In this document: positions 11,538-21,625 of the stretch, piece after piece | How positions within the stretch are numbered: the first letter of the stretch is position 1 | How the letters are laid out: each line of letters starts with the position of its first letter | Assembly: GCF_013315695.1 (NCBI RefSeq) | Contig: NZ_CP054353.1 | Source of the DNA: Escherichia coli | GTDB lineage: Bacteria; Pseudomonadota; Gammaproteobacteria; Enterobacterales; Enterobacteriaceae | Length of the DNA stretch: 64,000 nucleotides | Reading direction: 5' to 3' (one strand) | Notes under the pieces: generated by a model | What the model saw: only the letters and a program-made list of their open reading frames with translations | The model's database searches: none | Told to the model about the DNA's origin: nothing | Position numbers and translations under genes: made by a program

Positions 11538-12371
11538 ATGAACATCGAAAAAAGCAGATTAATTTCTGAGGCCGCCCCTCATCTGAACGCCTCTCTGGGC
11601 ACAATTAACGGTAATGAATTTGCCGCAATTGTCCCGGTTATTCCTGGTCATATCGGTGGGCGTGAAACCAATATTGTTAGCGCAAAAGCGTTACACAAAG
11701 CGTTGGGCGTGGGAAAAGACTTCTCTACATGGATCACTGATCGCATCTCTGAATATGACTTCACCATTGGGCACGATTACTCAGTCCATAAAACAATTTC
11801 CCCAAATTTGGGGAAAAGCCCGAATGGCGCGGCTTACAGCAAGATAAAGCACTCTGGCAGACCCGGTAAAGACTATCTGTTAAGTGTCGGAATGGCGAAA
11901 GAACTGGCAATGATCGAACGCAATGATCAGGGTCGCGCTATCCGCCGTTATTTCATCCAGTGCGAGGAAGAATTACAGCGTAGCGTTCCTGAAATCGCCG
12001 CCCGCTATCGTCGCCAGCTAAAAGCCCGTCTCAGTGCCGCAAACAACTTTAAGCCAATGTGCGATGCGCTGAATATGGCCCGTGCCGAGATGGGTAAAAC
12101 GACGCAGCAACACCACTACACAAACGAGAGCAATATGATTTCTCGTATCGTTCTTGGTGGGCTAACTGCTAAGCAGTGGGCGCGGATAAATGGCTATTCT
12201 GGCGAACCTCGCGACCATATGAACGCAGAACAGCTTGAGCACCTCTCATATCTCGAAAGCACCAATATCACGTTAATTGATATGGGCATGGAATATGAGC
12301 AGCGCAAAGGAGAACTCACCCGCCTGTCGCAACGCTGGCTCGCCAAGCGTCTGGAGGCGGTCCATGTTTAA
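11538..12371 (+). CDS. phage antirepressor-like protein (AntA/KilAC-type)
   Basis: 277-aa ORF; N-terminal region NIVSAKALHKALGVGKDFSTWITDRISEYDFTIGHDY resembles AntA/Bro-type antirepressor domains. Confidence 0.6.
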   Translation: MNIEKSRLISEAAPHLNASLGTINGNEFAAIVPVIPGHIGGRETNIVSAKALHKALGVGKDFSTWITDRISEYDFTIGHDYSVHKTISPNLGKSPNGAAYSKIKHSGRPGKDYLLSVGMAKELAMIERNDQGRAIRRYFIQCEEELQRSVPEIAARYRRQLKARLSAANNFKPMCDALNMARAEMGKTTQQHHYTNESNMISRIVLGGLTAKQWARINGYSGEPRDHMNAEQLEHLSYLESTNITLIDMGMEYEQRKGELTRLSQRWLAKRLEAVHV

Positions 12372-12539
12372 GCCGACAGGAACACCACAACCTCAAAAAC
12401 GCTACAAAGATGCCCACGGAGCACTCGTTACTGTCGAAAGCGTGTCTCACAACCGAGTGACGTTTTATCGCGACGGGTATCAATCGCCATGCGTACAACC
12501 GCTGGCGCGCTTCATGAAGGAGTTCGCGGAGGTTAACAA

Positions 12540-13607
12540 ATGCTAACCGTCCAGAAGAAGATATTTTCACTGGCTGGTATGTCACCAAAATCCAGCAATA
12601 TGACAGCAAAGTCTGGCATTAATACAGCAGATACAAGCAAAGTTTATCATTTTCTGGTGGTAGGAGCGGATGCCTTAACTATGTCAGAAATTACGGTCGA
12701 TGGTGTTAGCGTTGAGAAGGTCAGCGGCTGCGCCAGAGAATTTCTGGTCGTAGATGGCTTTCTCTGCTCGCGTAGTGACTCCACAAAAACCTTCGTCCAT
12801 ACGCGCGACGTTAACGAAATGAGCGCGATGTATTGTGCATCTGGTGCTTCCAATACTGAGTTTTCGGAGTCCATAAAAAAGAGCTTGCCGTTATGCGGCA
12901 ACACGGTTTATGGTTATAAGGCACCTCATAAAACGGGTGCCGGGATTGGCGTCCTGAAAATTCTGAAGGCGACATATGACGCGCCGAGCGTCTTTTTTTA
13001 TGTCGTAGGTCTGACTCACCCATTTTTTGGGCGTTGGTGTATAATCCAGCGCCTTTGTCAATCAATGGTGGCTCAGGCGGGGGCTTCTTCGGAAGCGCCG
13101 GTATCCTTCAGAGCCGGTTACGCCAACCCTGTCTGGGCTACCACCAGCGAAATTGGCGTTTCCGGTGGTAGCGTAACCTGCTATCTGAAGGAGGCTGCCA
13201 CATGCTGGCTACTACCCCTACCCAAAAACCGCAATTTATCTGGATTATCGCCGCAGTTCGCCGCGATTGCCCGACAATTACCGCCAAAATTCATCATATT
13301 GCTGCCGAGTCTGAACGCGATGCTCGCCGTTCTCTGGTGCGCGATCACGTCTGCTTTTTTGCTGGTCGTATCCGCATGGAGGTGGCACATGATTAAAACC
13401 TACGATGTGCATATGGATCCCCTCGAACGCACAAGCCAGATCATCACACTGACAGAAGTGATTAACGACATTCTGGTGAGCAACTCTCCCTCACGAGACG
13501 AAAGGCTGAAGGCGTTACTCGCGATATTGGATCTCGCCGTTCGTGACGTTCATTTCCTGCTGGAAGGTGGCGAAATGCCAGGAAAAACGGGGGCAACCAA
13601 TGAATAA
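12540..13607 (+). other. Region of overlapping short ORFs; the 355-aa track ORF is probably several small genes or a degraded gene
   Basis: Low-complexity, implausible translation in the long frame; alternative frames give more protein-like short products (13202..13396, 13391..13607). Confidence 0.3.
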
Positions 13608-13794
13608 CTCAATTAATACCCCTCGCCTTACGTCCGCACTTCAATTAATCGAGCAAGCAGCGGCTGTCCTGGTTGCTGTCAGTCTTTCGGCTGAAGAAAT
13701 GGACGCTGCTGATGTCGTGGATGCGATTAAAGCGTGCTCATCTTTGGTTAACGATGCCCGTGCCGAGCTGGTAATTCTTGGGGGTGAAAAATGA
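13600..13794 (+). CDS. small hypothetical protein
   Basis: ATG at 13600 overlaps the upstream stop (ATGAATAA); translation MNNSINTPRLTSALQLIEQAAAVL... Confidence 0.4.
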   Translation: MNNSINTPRLTSALQLIEQAAAVLVAVSLSAEEMDAADVVDAIKACSSLVNDARAELVILGGEK

Positions 13795-14054
13795 ATATCA
13801 ACTTAATTTATCGTCATCCGTGTGAGCTGGAAATTGAATCATTGCTGGGGCGTGAAGAGCCATATCCAGACTCATTCACTCCCGCAGATTGCGCGACTGA
13901 ACGGCTTACCAGAGCGCGCACAGGTCTGGTTCATGTGATGAATGAGATTGTTCCCTCGGTGGGAGGGGAACAGGCGACAGTAATCAATAGCTGGCTACAA
14001 AAAGTTACCTCCCTGATAGATATCGGTTTAATCGATGTGGAGAGTGCGAAATGA
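13791..14054 (+). CDS. small hypothetical protein
   Basis: 87-aa ORF with start overlapping the upstream stop. Confidence 0.4.
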   Translation: MNINLIYRHPCELEIESLLGREEPYPDSFTPADCATERLTRARTGLVHVMNEIVPSVGGEQATVINSWLQKVTSLIDIGLIDVESAK

Positions 14055-14272
14055 CCAACATCCAGCTCATTGAAGCGCAATGTCGCATCGAACAGGTTCA
14101 GACTGTTTTAGGGTTCTGGCTTGAAGGGGCCAGCCCCAGCAACAGAGACAAGTTAATGATTGGCGCGGTTATGTCACTGCTCAATGGCGTACCAGAAGCT
14201 ATTCAGGAAGCGGACGAATTGTTGGGCAAATATGAGTTACAGAATCATTCAGGCGAGGCGAAACATGAATAA
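14051..14272 (+). CDS. small hypothetical protein
   Basis: 73-aa ORF with start overlapping the upstream stop. Confidence 0.4.
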   Translation: MTNIQLIEAQCRIEQVQTVLGFWLEGASPSNRDKLMIGAVMSLLNGVPEAIQEADELLGKYELQNHSGEAKHE

Positions 14273-14867
14273 TTTCTTAACTTTCCATGCAGAAGCAACG
14301 CCTGACGGCGTAAACATCATGTACCGCAGCAACGATGGCATGACAGAACGCGTTGAGGCCGTCTCATATATTGATGCCGTAAATCGTCTGGATGCCGGGG
14401 ATTATGACGATAAACCAGATGAAGGTATGTCAATACATCTCGCTATTGCCGATGGCGGCAACCAGGGATATTTCGATTACACATCACAGCATAACGTCAT
14501 TATGTGGAGATGGCTGATCGCAACAGTATTCATGCTGGAAATGAGAGAGGAAAACGGCACTGTCAGCATCATTGATGATACTGGCAATCCTTCCGAAGTG
14601 GCTGTTTATTCCAACGGCATCGTCGCCATGCCGCTGTATCCAGTAGCAGAGCGCCTCGCTATGGCAAACAACATTGAGGGCGCGATGATAGAACGTTTTG
14701 GCATCGAGTCTGGCACAGAACGCGCCATCATTTTCTACAGAGCCATGATGGATGTGGAACAAGGAGCACTGACTCCATTTGGTCGTGAAACGCTTGCTGA
14801 ACTTCACAACAGCTTTATAGCTGAACTGAATGAAAACGGCATGCCAGCGGAACCAGTGACGCACTGA
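14265..14867 (+). CDS. hypothetical protein
   Basis: Internal ATG at 14265 in an ATGAATAA overlap with the upstream stop; ~200 aa; the track ORF start at 14160 is probably an extension. Confidence 0.45.
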   Translation: MNNFLTFHAEATPDGVNIMYRSNDGMTERVEAVSYIDAVNRLDAGDYDDKPDEGMSIHLAIADGGNQGYFDYTSQHNVIMWRWLIATVFMLEMREENGTVSIIDDTGNPSEVAVYSNGIVAMPLYPVAERLAMANNIEGAMIERFGIESGTERAIIFYRAMMDVEQGALTPFGRETLAELHNSFIAELNENGMPAEPVTH

Positions 14868-14877
14868 GGATGGAGCC

Positions 14878-15219
14878 ATGATTACTAAAAATTTCCGACT
14901 GAATGCGCTGGCAAATAAGTATGCGTCGGCACTGTATAACCACATTACCTCCACCAGCGGCGGGGACTATTTCATGGTTGATGCGGACGGCGAGGCCGTA
15001 CGTGTGGAAATCGTCAATGGAGTAAAAGGCGTTCGCAGCCTGATCGATAGCTACACACTGGCAGCCATGAAAGTGTTCTACCCGCAGTGGGAAACCGTGG
15101 GGATCGAGCTTCTTGAGCGTTGCGTCACTAAGGACGGATTGACTGACGTCGGGCGTGAGATATGGCAAAGCATGGTTAATGACATGGGCGCAACTGTAGC
15201 GGGAGGTTCTCATGCGTGA
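14878..15219 (+). CDS. hypothetical protein
   Basis: 113-aa ORF in the same operon. Confidence 0.4.
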   Translation: MITKNFRLNALANKYASALYNHITSTSGGDYFMVDADGEAVRVEIVNGVKGVRSLIDSYTLAAMKVFYPQWETVGIELLERCVTKDGLTDVGREIWQSMVNDMGATVAGGSHA

Positions 15220-15583
15220 AAATGCAGAAATGGCGCTTAGCTCCGCAATCGGAGAGCAGGTGGCAAAGATTGCTGGTGCTGTGTGGATTCATAACCTTCA
15301 TTCTACTGGTGAAGAGAAAATGGCAATTCAGACGCCAGAGGGACGCACCATTACTACATCTCTGAAGCCGTCAGATGTTTGTGATCTGATTTGCGCATTC
15401 ATGTACCCAGCAATGAGGACTGTCCACGGCGATAAGTGGAAACTTGCGACAACCGCTGAATTTGATATGTGGCTAAACAATGATGGCATGCTGACTGATT
15501 ACGGAATAACCAAGTGGCAGATGCTGGTTAGCCATATCGCAAACGCTATAGACCACGTGGGGTACGGTGATGCGAAACATTGA
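15212..15583 (+). CDS. hypothetical protein
   Basis: 123-aa ORF overlapping both neighbours. Confidence 0.4.
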   Translation: MRENAEMALSSAIGEQVAKIAGAVWIHNLHSTGEEKMAIQTPEGRTITTSLKPSDVCDLICAFMYPAMRTVHGDKWKLATTAEFDMWLNNDGMLTDYGITKWQMLVSHIANAIDHVGYGDAKH

Positions 15584-18326
15584 TCTTATCCGTCAGGTTA
15601 TCAGTGCGTCTGAAAACAACTGGCCTCATGTGCTGGGCTGCCTGAACATAAATGTCCCTGACTCTCCGCGCCGTCATGCTCCCTGCCCTGCATGTGGGGG
15701 CAAAGATCGATTCCGGTTCGATGACAACGGGCGCGGTAGCTTCATCTGTAATCAGTGCGGCGCTGGTGATGGGCTGGATTTAATTAAACGCGTAAATAAC
15801 TGCGACACAACAGAGGCGGCGCTTCTTGCCGCTGATGTTCTGGGTATTGATTACCGGACAACGGAAACACCAGAAGCCACCAGCCAGAAACGGGAACAAC
15901 TGGAAACCGAGCGCCAGCGACGCGAACAGGAGCGCCTGAAAAGGGCAGAGAAGGACGAACAACAAAGACGGGATACGTTTTCCCGTCAGTTTGATGACAT
16001 GCGCAGAAAGGCTGTAAACGGCAAATCTGATTATCTGGTTGCGAAAGGGGTAGGTGATTTTACATTCCCCGTGTTGCCCGATGGATCTCTGTTGCTGGCG
16101 CTGGTGGATAAATCCGGCGCAGTCACAGCAGCACAGACTATTACATCACATGGTGAAAAAAGACTCCTGACAGGTTCAGCAAAGCGGGGGGCATATCACG
16201 CCATAAACGCGCCAGAAACAACACAGAGCATCTTAATCGCAGAAGGGCTGGCAACGGCATTATCTGCCCATTTAATTCGTCCAGAGGCGCTGACAGTGGC
16301 GGCGATTGATGCCGGGAACCTGTTATATGTCGCCCAGGTACTGCGGGATAAATTTCCTTCAGCACAAATCATCATTGCTGCGGATAACGACCACAGCGAA
16401 GGAAGACAAAACACGGGGAGAATAGCAGCAGAAAAAGCAGCTTTATCTGTTTCTGGATGGGTGGCATTACCCCCGACAGATCACAAAGCAGACTGGAATG
16501 ATTACCACCAAAAACACGGCATTAAATGCGCCACAGAAGCGTTCAATAAGTCAATGTACCAACCACAGGGTAATGGCGTGAAACATGAGCCACAGACCAT
16601 TGAGGGAAGCGATTTTAAGGTTATGGATACCGACCCACTGAAACCAAGAATAGAAAGCCGCGAGGATGGTATTTATTGGGTATCTCCGAGAGCTGACAGC
16701 CAGAGTGGAGAAATCATCAATAACGAAAGCTGGTTATGTTCTCCGTTAAGCGTTATCGGTACTGGCAGAGACGATAAAGACCAGTATCTCATTCTTCGCT
16801 GGCTGTCGTTTGGTTCTGAAACGCCGACAACCGCTGCCATTCCACTGGCTGATATTGGTGAACGTGAAGGATGGCGCACACTTAAAGCTGGTGGGGTAAA
16901 TGTCACGACCAAAAGCAGCCTCAGAGCAATACTGGCAGACTGGCTACAACGCAGTGGCTCTCGTGAATTGTGGCGTGTTGCTCATGCCACTGGCTGGCAA
17001 TGCGGAGCGTACATCATGCCTGATGGGGAAATCATCGGAACACCTGAAAATCCTGTGCTGTTCAGCGGGAGAAGCTCAGCCGCAGCCGGATATACCGTCT
17101 CAGGGAGCGCGAAAAGCTGGCGTGATAACGTGGCGCGTCTGGCCTTTGGTAACTATTCAATGATGACCGGGATCGGCGCAGCACTGGCAGCGCCATTGAT
17201 TGGGCTGGTGGGCGCTGACGGGTTCGGCATTCATTTCTATGAGCAGTCGAGCGCAGGTAAGACCACCACGGCAAACGTGGCGAGCAGCTTATACGGCAAC
17301 CCTGATTTACTGCGGCTGACGTGGTACGGAACCGCGCTGGGGCTGGCAAATGAGGCCGCCGCCCACAATGACGGACTAATGCCGCTTGATGAAGTTGGTC
17401 AGGGCGCTGATCCTGTCAGCGTTTCACAGTCTGCCTATGCGTTATTTAACGGTGTAGGGAAACTGCAAGGCGCTAAAGATGGTGGAAACCGGGATCTAAA
17501 ACGCTGGCGTACAGTGGCAATCAGCACCGGAGAAATGGATTTAGAAACATTTATCGCTACTTCCGGGCGAAAAACCAAAGCCGGGCAACTGGTGCGACTG
17601 CTGAATATTCCGTTGAGTAAAGCAGTACGCTTTCACGATTACCAGAACGGAAAACAGCACGCAGACGCACTGAAAGACGCTTACCAGCATCACCACGGCG
17701 CGTCCGGGCGTGAGTGGATTAAATGGCTGGCAGACCACCAGCAACAGGCTATTAAAACCGTTCGTGACTGCGAAAGCAGATGGAGAAGCCTGATCCCATC
17801 CGATTATGGTGAGCAGGTTCACCGTGTAGCCGCGCGATTTGCCATTCTGGAGGCCGCATTGTTGTTAGGCGAGGTTGTAACAGGCTGGGATGCTCAGACA
17901 TGCCGTGATGCGATACAGCACAGCTATAACGCATGGTTGCGCGAGTTCGGCACAGGTAACAAAGAGCATCAGCAGATTATTGAACAAACGGAGGCATTTC
18001 TTAATGCCTATGGGCTTAGCCGTTTTGCACCATTTCCATACAGCCCGGCAGATTTGCCCATCAAAGATTTAGCCGGATACCGTCAGCGTGGAGAACATGA
18101 CGAAAGCCCAATGATTTTCTACACATTCCCGGCCACATTTGAAAAGGAGATCGCATGTGGTTTCAACGCAAAACAGTTTGCTGAAGTGTTGAAAAAAGCC
18201 GGGATGCTAACCCCACCAAACAGCGGTCGTGGATACCAAAGAAAATCACCACGTATTCAGGGACGACAAATAAACGTTTATGTACTCAATTACCAGCCAG
18301 GAGATTATAACTCATCTGAAGAATGA
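15567..18326 (+). CDS. P4-alpha-like primase/helicase (zinc-binding primase domain + Toprim + NTPase)
   Basis: 919-aa ORF; N-terminal zinc motif CPACGGKDRFRFDDNGRGSFICNQCG; acidic Toprim-like stretch IIIAADNDHSEGRQNTG; nucleotide-binding-like motif later; followed by an iteron array. Confidence 0.8.
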   Translation: MMRNIDLIRQVISASENNWPHVLGCLNINVPDSPRRHAPCPACGGKDRFRFDDNGRGSFICNQCGAGDGLDLIKRVNNCDTTEAALLAADVLGIDYRTTETPEATSQKREQLETERQRREQERLKRAEKDEQQRRDTFSRQFDDMRRKAVNGKSDYLVAKGVGDFTFPVLPDGSLLLALVDKSGAVTAAQTITSHGEKRLLTGSAKRGAYHAINAPETTQSILIAEGLATALSAHLIRPEALTVAAIDAGNLLYVAQVLRDKFPSAQIIIAADNDHSEGRQNTGRIAAEKAALSVSGWVALPPTDHKADWNDYHQKHGIKCATEAFNKSMYQPQGNGVKHEPQTIEGSDFKVMDTDPLKPRIESREDGIYWVSPRADSQSGEIINNESWLCSPLSVIGTGRDDKDQYLILRWLSFGSETPTTAAIPLADIGEREGWRTLKAGGVNVTTKSSLRAILADWLQRSGSRELWRVAHATGWQCGAYIMPDGEIIGTPENPVLFSGRSSAAAGYTVSGSAKSWRDNVARLAFGNYSMMTGIGAALAAPLIGLVGADGFGIHFYEQSSAGKTTTANVASSLYGNPDLLRLTWYGTALGLANEAAAHNDGLMPLDEVGQGADPVSVSQSAYALFNGVGKLQGAKDGGNRDLKRWRTVAISTGEMDLETFIATSGRKTKAGQLVRLLNIPLSKAVRFHDYQNGKQHADALKDAYQHHHGASGREWIKWLADHQQQAIKTVRDCESRWRSLIPSDYGEQVHRVAARFAILEAALLLGEVVTGWDAQTCRDAIQHSYNAWLREFGTGNKEHQQIIEQTEAFLNAYGLSRFAPFPYSPADLPIKDLAGYRQRGEHDESPMIFYTFPATFEKEIACGFNAKQFAEVLKKAGMLTPPNSGRGYQRKSPRIQGRQINVYVLNYQPGDYNSSEE

Positions 18327-18351
18327 GCTTCTTCATGTGCGTAGAAAAGGT

Positions 18352-18452
18352 GTTGGTTCAGTTGGTTCAATTTGTAAAGAGTATTGTTTTATAAGGATTT
18401 TATTCTTTTTATTGAACCAACACTGAACCAACAACACGGTATTTTGAACCAA
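18352..18452 (+). repeat. Iteron array 1 (candidate replication origin/crr-like site)
   Basis: GTTGGTTCA x2 direct (18352-18369), AT-rich spacer, then TGAACCAAC x3 inverted (18413-18452). Confidence 0.6.
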
Positions 18453-18774
18453 CACAATGTGACTGAATTGATGCGCACAACACCTGGCTGGCATCAGAGA
18501 GTGTTTTACGAGACTTTCGTAAAATCCTGTGTACAAGGGCGTGACGTTTTTGAAAGTGAGCACTACGAAATTTTCGTAGTTCAGAAAACAGCCTCTGAGA
18601 AGTTGTTATGCCTGTTCAGCAAACCATCCGCATAGCTGATCGCGAATCAAATTACCAATGGAGCCAGAAGCAAGGGCAGAACTGAAAAGCGCCTGCCGTG
18701 AAGAGTAATGCGACACCATAAATATAGTTTTTAGAGTCCATAAAAAACCTGTCAAAACCTGACACACAGAACGA

Positions 18775-18806
18775 TGCCACCAGCTACTGAGCGGTGGCAT
18801 TTTTTT
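18775..18806 (+). terminator. Rho-independent terminator
   Basis: GC hairpin GCCACCAGCTACTGAGCGGTGGC followed by ATTTTTTTG. Confidence 0.6.
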
Positions 18807-18901
18807 GTGCTATTTGTTTCATATTTTGCAATTACGATGATGAATATTGCGATTTGTGAAACTATAATAACTGTTGTTTTATACAGTTCTAAGGGGGCGT
18901 T

Positions 18902-19063
18902 ATGGCTATTTCAGTAAAGCCGGTATTGATAAGTGAGAAGCAAATGGAAGCGATAAAGAAAATTCAGGAAGAGCAGCGTAAAAAATCAGGAATTGGAGTA
19001 GCGCCAACTCTGCATGAAATTGCACGAGGGTTAATAGATAAGGCGCTGGCAGGCTGTATGTGA
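18902..19063 (+). CDS. small hypothetical protein (53 aa), possible first gene of the downstream operon
   Basis: ATG at 18902, translation MAISVKPVLISEKQMEAIKKIQEEQRKK...; below the ORF-track size cutoff. Confidence 0.3.
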   Translation: MAISVKPVLISEKQMEAIKKIQEEQRKKSGIGVAPTLHEIARGLIDKALAGCM

Positions 19064-19079
19064 AAATGGATGGCATCGC

Positions 19080-19541
19080 ATGGAACTAAAATTTATTGAT
19101 AACCCTGTGCGATTACAGGCCTTTCTTAACGAGCCAGGCAATACCGAAAATATTGTTGAGCCGGGGCACACGTACTACATCAAGCCTGATGCGGTATATC
19201 TCGGCATCTACGAAGGATTAGTGCTGGCTGGCGTTCATGAAGTGCGTAACTTCTGGCATAGCGTTGTTGAATGCCATGCGGTGTACGACCCCGGATTCCG
19301 TGGTGAATATGCACTGCAAGGACATCGATTATTCTGCAAATGGCTTCTCGAAAACTCACCATTCCTTAACAGCATTACCATGGTTCCTGACACCACGAAA
19401 TACGGACGGGCAATTATCCGTTTGCTTGGCGCTACCCGTGTTGGTCATCTTGATGATGCTTATATCAGATGTGGTAAACCCGTCGGCGTAACGCTTTATC
19501 AGTTAACTCGGCAACAATATAAGGAATTCAGCGAATGTTAA
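19080..19541 (+). CDS. hypothetical protein, first gene of coupled operon
   Basis: 153-aa ORF; its stop overlaps the next start. Confidence 0.5.
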   Translation: MELKFIDNPVRLQAFLNEPGNTENIVEPGHTYYIKPDAVYLGIYEGLVLAGVHEVRNFWHSVVECHAVYDPGFRGEYALQGHRLFCKWLLENSPFLNSITMVPDTTKYGRAIIRLLGATRVGHLDDAYIRCGKPVGVTLYQLTRQQYKEFSEC

Positions 19542-20212
19542 TTACCCATATAGCTTATAAACATCTCAATCGTGCCGTATACGAAAAAGGCGGTGATGGT
19601 GGTGCCTCTAAAGCTCAGGCGAAGGCCCAGCAGCAGGCAATTGATTTGCAGCGCGAGCAGTGGAATACGGTGATGAATAATCTCAAGCCGTATGCAGAAG
19701 TCGGATTGCCTGCTTTACAACAACTACAAGGACTGATGACTCTGGAAGGGCAGAATAAAGCCGCGAATGATTTCTTTGGTTCTGGTTTATATAAAACACA
19801 GGCAGATCAGGCCCGTTATCAGAACCTTGTCTCAGCAGAAGCTACCGGGGGGCTTGGCTCAACAGCTACCAGTAACCAGTTATCTTCCATTGCGCCCATG
19901 CTTTATAACAATTGGCTCAGTGGGCAAATGCAAAATTATGGAAACCTGCTAAATGTCGGGATGAATGCGGCATCAGGGCAGGCAACAGCAGGGCAAAACT
20001 ACGCCAATAATACCGGACAACTCTTGCAGGGGCTTGGCGCTATTCGTGCAGGTCAGGCGCAGCAGCCATCCAGTCTTGCGCGTGGTATTGGTGGGGCGGC
20101 ATCAGGCGCTTTAGCGGGTGCGCAACTTGGTTCCGTTGTTCCGGGTATAGGTAATGTCGCCGGGGCTATTGGTGGTGGGCTTATTGGTCTTGTTGGGGGG
20201 CTTGGATTCTAA
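19535..20212 (+). CDS. hypothetical protein with Gly/Ala-rich hydrophobic C-terminus (possible podovirus ejection-protein-like)
   Basis: 225-aa ORF; C-terminal GGAASGALAGAQLGSVVPGIGNVAGAIGGGLIGLVGGLGF glycine-zipper-like segment; TAATG overlap with the next gene. Confidence 0.5.
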   Translation: MLITHIAYKHLNRAVYEKGGDGGASKAQAKAQQQAIDLQREQWNTVMNNLKPYAEVGLPALQQLQGLMTLEGQNKAANDFFGSGLYKTQADQARYQNLVSAEATGGLGSTATSNQLSSIAPMLYNNWLSGQMQNYGNLLNVGMNAASGQATAGQNYANNTGQLLQGLGAIRAGQAQQPSSLARGIGGAASGALAGAQLGSVVPGIGNVAGAIGGGLIGLVGGLGF

Positions 20213-21625
20213 TGGCGACATGGCAACTTGGCGGGCTGCCTAGCATGGCACCGCAAAATGATAATGCTCCTCGTTCTTCCGTTCCTCAGCCTGTGCAGTA
20301 TCAGCAGCAGCCAAACGTAGGTTTAATGGCGCTACAGGGGCTAAGAGGCGTTGCTGAGATTAATCAGCAGGCACGTCAACAACAGCGTAAAGCAGAGTTT
20401 CAGAAAGCATATGCCGGGGCTTTTGAGTCTGGAGACAGAAACAAAATGCGCAGTCTTATTTCTGAGTATCCAGAAGAATTTGAAAGCGTTCAGAAAGGGA
20501 TGGGCTTTATTGATGACGACCAGAGAAATTCTATTGGTCATCTTGCGACTAGTGCTCAAATCGCATCTTCGCTCGGAACTGGGGCATTTGGAAAATTCAT
20601 AGCAGATAACGAAGATGAAATGCGTCGTTTGGGAATTTCTCCTGAGTCTGTTGCCGAAATGCATGTTAATGATCCACAGGGATTCCAGCGGCTTGCTGGT
20701 AGTATGGCACTGTTTTCTCTCGGTCATGAGAAGTACTTCGATATCAAAGATCGAATGGAAGGTCGGGATATTGAGCGTGGCAAGTTGGCAGAGACGATCC
20801 GCAGCAATCAAGCCGGAGAAGCACTTCAGGCGAGAGGGCAGGATATTAGCCGAGCAAATGCGTTAACGTCAGCATATGCACCAACAGCCGCAATGCAGAA
20901 TTACAATCAATACGCGCAAATGTTAAAGGCGGATCCAGAGGGGGCTGCGGCATTTGCGGCAGCGGCTGGAATTAATACAAACGCCAAAAAATTAATGAGT
21001 GTTAGAGAAAACGATGATGGCACTGTCACAAAATACTACACAGACGGAAGTGAAGAGCAGGGAAAACTAAACCAGCCAATATCTGGAGATGGGTTTCGTC
21101 CAATAGCTTTGCCAACAGCCCAAAAGATCATGGAAAAGTCGCCAGAAGGGGCTAAAAAAGCTGCTGGATTTGCATACAGAGTTAGGGATGCTCTTGATTC
21201 AATAGATACACTGAAAGACCAGCTTAGCCCACAGCGAGTGGCGATCATTAATAATGCTTTGGGTAATGGGACGCTGGCTAACTTAACGCTCAGCCCAACA
21301 GAGCAGCAATACGTTGTTAATGCTAATGACGCAATAATGGCAATACTCCGTCAGGAAACAGGGGCATCTATCCTACCAGCTGAAATGTCCAAATATTATC
21401 AAATGTATTTCCCTCAGCCTGGTGATTCCACAAAAACCATTGATACCAAGCGTAGGAAGATGGAAAACCAGTTCAATTCGCTGAAAGCTGCTTCTGGTCG
21501 AGCTTATGATGCTTTGCGGGTTATTTCAGCAGTTGACAGAGGAACTTCTTCTTCGTCGCAGACATTGCCGCAATCTGAGCAGGTATCACAGCCAGCAGTA
21601 ATTTTTCTTCACTATGGGGTGATTA
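20212..21625 (+). pseudogene. coupled-operon gene 3, 3' end interrupted by IS1 (ancestral product ~474 aa)
   Basis: Open frame runs into IS1 at 21626; rejoining the split target duplication gives native end ...HYGVING-stop, overlapping the ATG of the 701-aa gene now at 45798. Confidence 0.6.

Noticed and set aside
12540-13607. 355-aa ORF taken as one protein
   Set aside because: Composition and hydrophobicity are implausible across most of its length and better short ORFs exist in other frames; treated as a region of small genes or a degraded frame.
18384-18635. 83-aa ORF overlapping iteron array 1
   Set aside because: Most of the ORF is the repeat array itself (repeats translate to repeated residues); more likely non-coding origin DNA.
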